From NCBI RefSeq assembly GCF_001194135.2, contig NC_068992.1, positions 17,943,488 to 17,976,790 on the forward strand: 33,303 bases of DNA, read 5' to 3'. Under the pieces are notes generated by a model. It saw nothing but the letters and a program-made list of their open reading frames with translations. It ran no database searches and had not been told where the DNA came from. This document shows, one piece after another, positions 22,769 to 32,902 of this stretch. This DNA comes from Octopus bimaculoides (taxonomy: Eukaryota). Position 1 is the stretch's first letter; each line of letters starts with the position of its first letter. A program made the translations under genes and the position numbers.

Positions 22769-23356
22769 GCAATAGTAATGATGCGAAAGCATGCACAGTA
22801 AAGCCGCTTGGCACAGATTGACCTTGAACGCTGCTGTGCATGCGCACTAAGTTTTATCGCTCTAGCTCACTTCTGCTGTTTACAACAGTGCTTAGAAGGA
22901 ACGTGTGTAACTTGTGATCCCCGCATTCACCAGGACAGAGAAGGTTGTCATGGCGATACCTGCTCAAAGACCAACCCTAAGTTGCAGAAAGTGTATGGAG
23001 AGGAGTGTATGAGTCGCATTCACCTGAACGAATAGTTCAGATGTTTCCTAGATAGCTGGAAAAATGTCGATAGTGACTAGCGTTCTAGGAGACCCGAAGC
23101 CAGTAAAGCTGATAAAAGCAGCGCATATGTGCGTGCAACTGTGAGGGGAAATCTTCGAATCACCATCCGTAATATATCAGAGACCGTGCAGCTTAGTTAC
23201 TGTCCAGTTCAGTCCTTTATCATTGAAGTTTTGAGTATGAGACGCGAATCTGCCAAGTTTGTGCCAAAACTACTTTCAGGCTGACCAAAAGGACACTTGG
23301 GTTTCAGTTACACAAGATCACCTTGATGGAAAACTTTTGACTTGAAAACCTTGATT
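22769..23356 (+). mobile_element. Mariner (Tc1/mariner) 5' fragment: subterminal leader and decayed transposase N-terminus
   Basis: Translation: GDTCSKTNPKLQKVYGEECMSRIHLNE*FRCF...RSRRPEAS...LRITIRNISE...VLSMRRESAKFVPKLLS / DQKDTWVSVTQDHLD / ENF..KTLI. This is the HTH region plus the WVPHEL-equivalent motif, ending just before the TGDE catalytic motif. Confidence 0.88.
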
Positions 23357-23637
23357 TGAAAATTTTTCGTAGGCCTCTGAGTAAGTATCGCCAAGCTTAT
23401 GGCAACATTTGATGTACATTCTCCGCTCAACTTTCTCTGTCATAGTCAATGCGACGGTCACACGCTACACACCTTCCTTCCAAGTGGTGCTGTAAACAGC
23501 AGAATTGCGTTAGAACAATAAAACTTGGTGCGCCTTCACAGCAGCGTTGAAGGTCAATCTGTGCCAAGTGCCCACACTCTGCGTGCTGTAGCTTCGTTAC
23601 AATGGTAACAGTCCGGATACTTGTTGATGACACCTCG
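23357..23637 (-). mobile_element. Mariner 5' end with intact terminal inverted repeat, inverted relative to the left fragment
   Basis: Reverse complement begins TA|CGAGGTGTCATCAACAAGTATCCGGACT, with TA at 23638-23639. ATG at 23443 gives MTEKVERRMYIKCCHKLGDTYSEAYEKF. 23428-23564 is the ungapped inverse of 22811-22947 (24 mismatches in 137 by hand count). Confidence 0.9.
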
Positions 23638-24238
23638 TATGTATATATATATATATATATATATNNNNNNNNNNNNNNNNNNNNNNNNNNNNNNNNNNNN
23701 NNNNNNNNNNNNNNNNNNNNNNNNNNNNNNNNNNNNNNNNNNNNNNNNNNNNNNNNNNNNNNNNNNNNNNNNNNNNNNNNNNNNNNNNNNNNNNNNNNNN
23801 NNNNNNNNNNNNNNNNNNNNNNNNNNNNNNNNNNNNNNNNNNNNNNNNNNNNNNNNNNNNNNNNNNNNNNNNNNNNNNNNNNNNNNNNNNNNNNNNNNNN
23901 NNNNNNNNNNNNNNNNNNNNNNNNNNNNNNNNNNNNNNNNNNNNNNNNNNNNNNNNNNNNNNNNNNNNNNNNNNNNNNNNNNNNNNNNNNNNNNNNNNNN
24001 NNNNNNNNNNNNNNNNNNNNNNNNNNNNNNNNNNNNNNNNNNNNNNNNNNNNNNNNNNNNNNNNNNNNNNNNNNNNNNNNNNNNNNNNNNNNNNNNNNNN
24101 NNNNNNNNNNNNNNNNNNNNNNNNNNNNNNNNNNNNNNNNNNNNNNNNNNNNNNNNNNNNNNNNNNNNNNNNNNNNNNNNNNNNNNNNNNNNNNNNNNNN
24201 NNNNNNNNNNNNNNNNNNNNNNNNNNNNNNNNNNNNNN

Positions 24239-24500
24239 TATATATATACATATACATACATACATACAAAGTATGGGGGTTTAGTTCACAGGTGCACACA
24301 CACGCTCATACACACACACGCACACAGACACGCACTCACACACACACGACGCACGCACACACACACACACGTACAAACAAGCACACACACACGCGCGCAC
24401 ACATACACACACATGCACACACATACACGCATATACGCATCTGCACCCACACACGCACACACACATACGCACACACATACACGCACCTTCTCTCACATAC
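24239..24500. repeat. (TA)n/(CA)n-rich degenerate microsatellite
   Basis: Directly visible. Confidence 0.9.
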
Positions 24501-26101
24501 AGAGTTTTACTGGCTGAAATAACTTGACAAGGTGATACAGCATGTTCAAATTGCTTGATATTTTAACGATTTACCTTTAAACTGACCCTTTAAGTTCTGA
24601 ATATAAATAACTGTATCGGTCCTTATTTGCCTAGTGTGAACGGAAACACATACACACGCACAACTACAAACCCTCACGTATTGCATACATACAAATGTAT
24701 ATACATATATTCGTGCAATCAAGGAGCAGAAGATCGGTGATATTGCTGAAATAATATGCAACGCCATCCGTAGTAAAGACTGCTCTGTGATACATATATA
24801 AATATATAATATAAATTACTCTGGAAGACGATAGTGTGAAATTTAGGGGAAATTACCTGCTATTTCTGGCATTTCAATTAACCATATAATCTCTTTTTTT
24901 TCCTTCTTTGAAACATTAATGATTTTAGTTTTAGATGCGATGATAAATAATTTTAGCGAGGAAACATGAATTTATTGGATTTCGTGCTATTTCTTTCGAC
25001 AAACACATTAACTAAGTCAGTAAATTTTGTTGGTGTATCTACAAATAGAAACCAGATCTCCAGCGTGTACAAACACGATAGTATCTGCTGCCACATTAAG
25101 GTCTTGCGTTTTGCAACTAACTGTCCTTGTAATTGACTCGTTTGCGACTGTGAATCTTTCTTGTCATATAGTTGAATAAAACGATTTATACTCTTACTGA
25201 TATTAAATTTATCAATGATACAGTGTAATGAAAGGCTAAGATTGATGGTACGAAGTATGAAGCTAATTATATTTAATACACTACAGAGATTATCTTTCTC
25301 AATATAATTTGCCAGCTTATAGCTGTCCATTGGCAGAAAAGCTAGAAAGTGGGAGGAAATATCTTAAGAGTATTTAGTCTCATATCTCCATTGACTTTCT
25401 CAGTACAAACACTTCTTGGACATCACTTTTATTATTTTCCGGTCACTAAATTATGCATCAGTAATATACACCAATACACGTTGCAAAGAGAAGCAACTTA
25501 AATTGAAATGAAATGATTTCCACCGGAAATTGAAACCAGATCTCCAGCTCTGTCTAGACTTGTTGAGAGCTTACCTGCTGCTTTATGATGTTAATCACTT
25601 ATAAATAATATTGATTTCTTACTATGGCTTAAGTTCATTATTTCTTTTCGGAATGAAGAATGCAATCGATCTCTTAGACTCGATCCCAATTCTTTAGAGG
25701 TACTTACTTTTTGATCGATCTCATAAATATATATAGAAGCACGTAGACATCATTACGATTTGAACTTGGAACATAAAAGGGATTCAGTCTGGCAGTTTGC
25801 CATACCTGTTTCCATCATATAAGTTACGAATAAGTACAAAGCTAGATATTTTGAAGAAAAGTGGAGTTCTTAATTTCAATCTCAGTATTTGAGTCGATGG
25901 TAGATTTTAAGCATGATGATAGGAACTGTTTGAAATAACAGCCAAATCTCCTTCGAATCACACCCTACATATTAAAAAAAGGAGGAACACTTTAGATAAA
26001 GCAGTCCGAGTGACGTTCACAATGTTAAGTAAAGAAAAGTAAAGTTCCTTCCCAAATCATATAGAATCATAGGGATATCTTCCATGGCGTATTTAATTCT
26101 A

Positions 26102-26282
26102 CCCACCTGGATGGGACGACAGTCCGTCACAGAATTACACTTTTTTGCCAGCTGAGTGGACTTGAGCAACGTGAAATGAAGTGTTTTGTTCAAGAACACA
26201 ACGCATCACCAGGTTCAGGAATCAAAACCTCAGTCTTGCAATCATTAATCCAACGCACTAACCATTAAGCCACGCACCTTCA
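26102..26282 (-). mobile_element. tRNA-headed CORE-like SINE with a different 3' tail from family B
   Basis: Reverse complement GAAGGTGCGTGGCTTAATGGTTAG...TTGTGTTCTTGAACAAAACACTTCATTTCACGTTGCTCAAGTCCACTCAGCTG, then GTGACGGACTGTCGTCCCATCCAGGTGGG. Confidence 0.8.
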
Positions 26283-26593
26283 TGGTGGAATTTGAACTCA
26301 GAACGTAAGGACAGACGAAATACCGCTAAGCATTTCGTCCGGCGTACTAACGTTTCTTATTTCTTTACTGCTCACAAGGGGCTACACACAGAGGGGACAA
26401 ACAAGGACAGACAAAGAGATTAAGTCGATTACATCGAGCCCAGTACGTAACTGGTAACTGGTACTTTATCGACCCCGAAGGATGAAAGGTGAAGTTGACC
26501 TCGGTGGAATTTGAACTTAGAACGTAGCGGCAGACGAAATACTGCTAAGCATTTCGCCCGGCGTGCTAACGTTTCTGCCAGCTCGCCACCTTA
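26283..26593 (-). mobile_element. SINE family A dimer (complete unit 1 plus partial unit 2)
   Basis: Reverse complement AAGGTGGCGAGCTGGCAGAAACGTTAGCACGCCGGGCG...tail...GTAAAGAAATAAGAAACGTTAGTACGCCGGACG...TTCAAATTCCACC. Confidence 0.92.
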
Positions 26594-26682
26594 AGGAATA
26601 TATTGTAGAGCGACACCACAGAATTTGAACACAAAACGTCAAGAAATGTCACTGAAATAACATAAAGAACATTTTTGATCGC

Positions 26683-26892
26683 AAGCCAGCGAACTGGCAG
26701 GATTGTTTGCATGTAGGGCAATATTCTTAGAATCTTTCCTTTTAGTCTTGGGTTCAAATACCGCCGATGTCAACATTACCTTTCATTGGTTTTGGGTGGA
26801 GTGTCGATAAAATAGAATACCACTCAAAAACCGTGGTCATTGGGATCGACTTATTCCGTGGGGTCAAAGTTTCTGGTTTCAGTGCTGGAACG
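26683..26892 (+). mobile_element. Decayed SINE family A, head-to-head with the dimer
   Basis: AAGCCAGCGAACTGGCAG...GGGTTCAAATACCGCCGATGTCAACATTACCTTTCAT...GTCGATAAAATAGAATACC. Confidence 0.68.
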
Positions 26893-27701
26893 GACCGGCC
26901 TCTCATCCAAAGGTAATTGTTGTGATCTCGCCCAATTATACACCATGGAAACACAGTAAATCAGCCTTATGAATCCTAAGAATCGGAGAAAAAAAAATAA
27001 TCGGCAACACAAAAGACTTTGCCACTAAACAACACATAATTAACCAAAATTCCTCACTGTGTTTTAAAGATAATCTATATAGAAAATAACATGCTTGCTA
27101 ATCAGCGAAATTCTTATCAATATTTATCAAGTAAATTATTAAAAATATTTGCCCATTGTCTTCTTTTTTTGTATTTTCGACGCCACNNNNNNNNNNNNNN
27201 NNNNNNNNNNNNNNNNNNNNNNNNNNNNNNNNNNNNNNNNNNNNNNNNNNNNNNNNNNNNNNNNNNNNNNNNNNNNNNNNNNNNNNNNNNNNNNNNNNNN
27301 NNNNNNNNNNNNNNNNNNNNNNNNNNNNNNNNNNNNNNNNNNNNNNNNNNNNNNNNNNNNNNNNNNNNNNNNNNNNNNNNNNNNNNNNNNNNNNNNNNNN
27401 NNNNNNNNNNNNNNNNNNNNNNNNNNNNNNNNNNNNNNNNNNNNNNNNNNNNNNNNNNNNNNNNNNNNNNNNNNNNNNNNNNNNNNNNNNNNNNNNNNNN
27501 NNNNNNNNNNNNNNNNNNNNNNNNNNNNNNNNNNNNNNNNNNNNNNNNNNNNNNNNNNNNNNNNNNNNNNNNNNNNNNNNNNNNNNNNNNNNNNNNNNNN
27601 NNNNNNNNNNNNNNNNNNNNNNNNNNNNNNNNNNNNNNNNNNNNNNNNNNNNNNNNNNNNNNNNNNNNNNNNNNNNNNNNNNNNNNNNNNNNNNNNNNNN
27701 N

Positions 27702-27732
<31 letters not shown>

Positions 27733-28514
27733 TATATATATAAATGTGTAATATATATGAATATACTTTACAACACACATAAATACATACATGCAATCAT
27801 ATATATGTGTGTGTGTATGTGTGAGTGTATGCGTGTGTATATGCCTGTGTGCTTTTAATATGTATTAGATAGACACGTATATAGATGTAAAGATATATCC
27901 CTATATACATGCATAGGTAAATATGCATGTATAGGTAAATATATACATACATTCAGATATATGTGCGTGTATGTACGATTGCGTGCGTGCGTGTGTGCTT
28001 GCGTGCGTGTATGTGTAACGCACACCCAGTGTGTGCATGTGTGTACGTGGGTGAAATATGGAAATCTGAGCCAAGCAAATAGAAGATTCAGGATTCATAA
28101 AATTCTCTGATCATAGCACGAAATAATAAATATATAATAACACAGATAAAACATTTATATAGCAATATCGCAGCGCTGTTTTAACTATGCATCTCTGGCG
28201 ATACCGTAATAGTTCAATAAACAATCACCACCACCACAACAACAACAACAGCAATAGCAACAATGTCGGGGNNNNNNNNNNNNNNNNNNNNNNNNNNNNN
28301 NNNNNNNNNNNNNNNNNNNNNNNNNNNNNNNCAAATAGCAAATTATTTACGTTTGAAACATTCTTACAAGAAAAAGTAATGGTTTTTTTTTTCTTTATTT
28401 TCGTTATTTAATTTTGTTTATTTATTTCATTTGGCAAATAAAGGAAACGACAAGTTGCATGATTCTTGTTCCTCTTAAGGAAATTTCTGTAAGATAATGC
28501 GTCAAAGGCTTCTA

Positions 28515-28640
28515 AATACTCACACACACGTCCACAACTCCACCCTCATACACTCACACACACGTACACACGCACGCACACACGTACGCCCACATATTTG
28601 CATACGTTCTTATACACACATAAACACATATAAACATATG

Positions 28641-28676
<36 letters not shown>

Positions 28677-29046
28677 CCTTCATAGAAAGGCGCCCGCATT
28701 ATATTTGTATAAATACATGTACACATTTACAAACATACATGTATACATATATATATGTATGTATATATATGTGTACACACACACACACACACACACAAAA
28801 ACACACGCATACATTCAGGTACATATGCACATACACGTATTTACACACTCAGAAACACACACACACACACACACATACACATATATATATGTACACCTAT
28901 ATATACATATGTACACACATATATATATATGTATATGTATATGTACACATATATATACATATATACACACATATATATATATATGTATATGTATATACAT
29001 ACATCTATATATATATGCATATGTATTTACATACATACATATGTAT
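28515..29046. repeat. (CA)n/(TA)n/(TATG)n compound microsatellite
   Basis: Directly visible. Similar tracts lie at 27702-27960. Confidence 0.92.
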
Positions 29047-29698
29047 NNNNNNNNNNNNNNNNNNNNNNNNNNNNNNNNNNNNNNNNNNNNNNNNNNNNNN
29101 NNNNNNNNNNNNNNNNNNNNNNNNNNNNNNNNNNNNNNNNNNNNNNNNNNNNNNNNNNNNNNNNNNNNNNNNNNNNNNNNNNNNNNNNNNNNNNNNNNNN
29201 NNNNNNNNNNNNNNNNNNNNNNNNNNNNNNNNNNNNNNNNNNNNNNNNNNNNNNNNNNNNNNNNNNNNNNNNNNNNNNNNNNNNNNNNNNNNNNNNNNNN
29301 NNNNNNNNNNNNNNNNNNNNNNNNNNNNNNNNNNNNNNNNNNNNNNNNNNNNNNNNNNNNNNNNNNNNNNNNNNNNNNNNNNNNNNNNNNNNNNNNNNNN
29401 NNNNNNNNNNNNNNNNNNNNNNNNNNNNNNNNNNNNNNNNNNNNNNNNNNNNNNNNNNNNNNNNNNNNNNNNNNNNNNNNNNNNNNNNNNNNNNNNNNNN
29501 NNNNNNNNNNNNNNNNNNNNNNNNNNNNNNNNNNNNNNNNNNNNNNNNNNNNNNNNNNNNNNNNNNNNNNNNNNNNNNNNNNNNNNNNNNNNNNNNNNNN
29601 NNNNNNNNNNNNNNNNNNNNNNNNNNNNNNNNNNNNNNNNNNNNNNNNNNNNNNNNNNNNNNNNNNNNNNNNNNNNNNNNNNNNNNNNNNNNNNNNNN

Positions 29699-29732
<34 letters not shown>

Positions 29733-30200
29733 CCATCTTCCTCTTTCTTCCACTCCTCCTCCTTTCTACTCTTCCTCATTCCCATAATCATCATCCTCAT
29801 CGTCTTCATTGTCTCCATCACCATGATCATCATTATCATCACCATCACCATCTTCTTTCTTCCACTCCGCCTCCTCCCCTCCTCCCCTCCTCCTCCTTTC
29901 TACTCCTCTTCATTCCCATAATCATCATCCTCATCGTTTTCATTGTCTCCATCACCATGATGATGATCATCATCATCGTCATCGTCCTCGTCGACTTCAT
30001 CATCATCGTTATTATTATCCTCATCATCATGAACTGCAGCAGCAGCAGCAGCAGCAGCAGGCATCTCCACCTCTACACCCCTACCAACGCCACCCCTACC
30101 ACCATCATAACCACCTCTATCATTACCGCTCACCACCACCACCACTACCACCACAACCGCCACCACCATTGTCGTCGTCGTCGTCATCGTCGTCCCGTTA
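29699..30200. repeat. (CAT)/(CCT)/(CAG)/(CAC)/(GTC) trinucleotide mosaic with a ~134-bp internal tandem duplication
   Basis: CCTTTCTACTC...CATTCCCATAATCATCATCCTCATCGT(C/T)TTCATTGTCTCCATCACCATGAT starts at both 29761 and 29895. Confidence 0.92.
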
Positions 30201-30485
30201 TCACGCCAGCATCTTACTATTTATGCTGTAATCGCAACAAGACCGAGTTGACCAATGAGTAAAACAATTATCCGTTTACCTGAAGAGCCTTGATTTCATA
30301 TCATATCAAAGGTGTTCGATCCTGGGCAAAGTCTCACCCTAATACAATTCGGTTTAGCAGAAAACAAGTTGTTGTTTTTGTTGTTGTCGTCGTCGTCGTC
30401 GCTAAGCGCCAAATAAGCCTTCATTAAATACTCCCGTTTCCAATGGTTTTCATACAGACGAAGACCCTATTTTATTTCAGATAGT

Positions 30486-30762
30486 GGGGGCGCGTGGCTT
30501 AGTGGTTAGGGTATTCGGCTCACGATCGTAAGGCCGTGAGTTCAATTTCCGGCACAGCTGTGTGTCCTTCAACAAGACACTTTATTTCACGTTGTTCCAG
30601 TAAACTTAGCTGGGAAAAAATGAGTAGCACCTCTACTTCATAGGTCCACCCTTGTCTGTGTCCCACTGAATCTCCCCTGAGAACTACGTTAAGCGTACGC
30701 ACTTCCGTGGAGTACTCAGCCACTTGCAAGTTAAGTTCACGAGCAGGCTGTTCCGTTTATCG
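30486..30762 (+). mobile_element. Chimeric SINE: tRNA(Arg)-like head, CORE-like middle, family-D 3' tail
   Basis: GGGGGCGCGTGGCTTAGTGGTTAGG, loop TC-ACG-AT, TGTGTCCTTCAACAAGACACTTTATTTCACGTTG, then GAGAACTACGTTA...GTGGAGTACTCAGCCACTTGCA...CACGAGCAGGCTGTT as at 12569-12643. Confidence 0.85.
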
Positions 30763-30776
30763 AATTAACCTGAGTA

Positions 30777-30829
30777 TACCGCTAAGTATTTCGCCTCGCG
30801 TGCTAACGCTTCTGTCAGCTTGCCGCCTT
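30777..30829 (-). mobile_element. SINE family A head fragment
   Basis: Reverse complement AAGGCGGCAAGCTGACAGAAGCGTTAGCACGCGAGGCGAAATACTTAGCGGTA. Confidence 0.8.
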
Positions 30830-31881
30830 GTAATGATTTATAATATTGAGAACTGGATAACATTCTAGGCATTATCAAAATAAGCAATTGAAGCATAAAT
30901 ACATTTTTTGAAAAAAAAATAAAATAAAATAAAAACATTAGTTTCTAACATTTATGTATGTATCAAGAATGATAAACAGGTAAACTACGTGAAAATGTGT
31001 TCAAATTGTTAATGGAAAGGCATGGTTGATTCAGCCCAACAGATCTCATGTTTTGCTGACATAATTAAAACGATTCTAATTTAAAACGCATCAGGCCAAA
31101 TTCTCTATCTTAGGAACCTCAAAACTTCTTTAACTAACCAGACAAACTCTATAGATTTTGACGGCTATTATGAGTCTCAGAATGCAACTTATAAAATCCA
31201 CTTTAATTGCCGAACCAATAAAATTTCTATTACAACTGAATAAATCTTTTAATTGGCTCATCAACTATATAACATAGAGTTAAAAAAAACAAAACAAAAA
31301 CAAACAACGACAGAAAAAAAGGAAAAGCAAAATAAAACAGGAGGCTATAAGTAAAGAAATAAAGAAAAAAATCATGCAATTCTTTGAAATCTTATCATTC
31401 ATAATAATTACTTTCTTTGTCAAGTGTTTATAGAAATCTACTTCAGAAAACCATCGCCGCATTTTCAATATATTCATTTTTGTATTTGTTTTCGAAAATG
31501 ATTTTTTTATACAGAAATATCGTAATTACTAGTGTTTTCTTGGAAATATAATTCTCTTTGGAGAGGAAAGTACTCTTAGTATATTGTTTGATATTTCTAC
31601 ATTATTAATGCAGGCTGTTGTAGTGTTGTGGCAAGCTCTTGTCCAAAGATACTTAACTGAAATTTTTCACTAATATCTTTAAAACACACAAATGTATAAT
31701 CCTATCTCACTTCTCTATCTCTTGACATATTTGGGGTTATGTGAGAGTGAAGAGTTTATGGACATTCCGCCATTTTAAACAGAATCTATTCGACGATGAC
31801 GTATATTTTAACAGAGAAACAAAACAAAAAAAAACTTATATACAAGGCTGATAGTGAATAGAAATATACAAACGCATACAT

Positions 31882-32108
31882 AAGCGCAGACATGGCTGTG
31901 TGGTTAAGAAGCTCAAGTGTCTTCTGGTAGGGGCCTGGGCCGATCAATGCCTTGTGAATAAATTTTGTTGACGGAAACTGTGCGGAAGCTCGTCGCATAT
32001 ATGTGTATGTGTGCGTGCCTGTGTTTTTGCATTCGTGTTTGTTACCCTAACGCTTGATAAACGGTGTTGGTTTGTTTACATTCCCATAATTTATCGATTC
32101 GGCAAAAG
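31882..32108 (+). mobile_element. SINE family C, internally deleted and 3'-truncated
   Basis: GCGCAGACATGGCTGTGTGGTTAAGAAGCT|CAAGTGTCTTCT...GGGCCGATCAATGCCTTGTGA...GACGGAAACTG, short microsatellite, CGGTGTTGGTTTGTTTACATTCCC...TTCGGCAAAAGA. Confidence 0.82.
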
Positions 32109-32189
32109 ATGCATCCACAACCTCATCTTTTCTCCCGCAAAAGTTTTTGTTTATTTCAATCTTTATTATAGAGGAAAAGATTGCTCTTG

Positions 32190-32610
32190 ATTCCTAGAGG
32201 ATTTCTAAAACTGGTCGGAAGTCAATTGATAAGTATTATCAGACAAGAGAACTGGCAGAAATGCTTGCAATAATCGCTGCTAAAGTAACCCATGTTACTA
32301 GGTGTTGCTTTTAAAATTGACGATGAATTAAAATATCTACTCAAATAAGCAAAGGCGAGGTTTTGAACATGGGATGCAAGGAGTTGGAACGACACCGCAA
32401 GGCACGGGTTAGCAGTCCTTACAATTACGCTAGTCCTCCGCCCTCGATTGTTATTGGTACGGTTCTGTCGACCCAAGTGATGGAAAAACAAATTTGTCCT
32501 GAGCCGGATTTGATCTTGAGGAAAATGTGTCGGAACTAACACATTGAAAATTCTCTCTAGCGCTGTAACGACTCTAACCAAACCTCCAGGTTAGATACAT
32601 AGGAAATGGG
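32190..32610 (+). pseudogene. Possible very old CR1/L2-type RT C-terminal remnant
   Basis: Frame-hopping translation gives GRKSIDKYY...LLGVAFKIDDELK...LVLRPRL...YGSV...LTH*..RL*PNLQVRYIG, in the order expected for GRKN..Y / LGV.ID..L / LVRP.LEY / L.LPSL..RR.RG. Heavily degraded. Confidence 0.4.
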
Positions 32611-32902
32611 AAATGGGAAATTGAGCATTTTATGCCTTTTCTTAATAATACTAAATCTCCTGTCGCTAGAAGGAATGCTTTTTTTATGAGTGAGGTTGCG
32701 GAAGAAAGTGATGACAAAGAGGTGCAATATTTATGAACTTATTAAGTCAAAACACAAATTTGTGAAATAGATTCGATAAACATACTTGATGTTTAACAAA
32801 CTGTAAGAATTTATCTGAAGAGGATAAAAATCAGGAAAATTGTTTTGTGTGGGATTTAGGAGGTTAAATTAGCGTGGGATTTGGCAGGTGAGTTTTAGTT
32901 AT

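Noticed and set aside
32369-32539. 56-aa plus-strand ORF MGCKELERHRKARVSSPYNYASPPP...
   Set aside because: No recognisable homolog or flanking splice signals, and it overlaps what is more likely a decayed LINE RT remnant in other frames.
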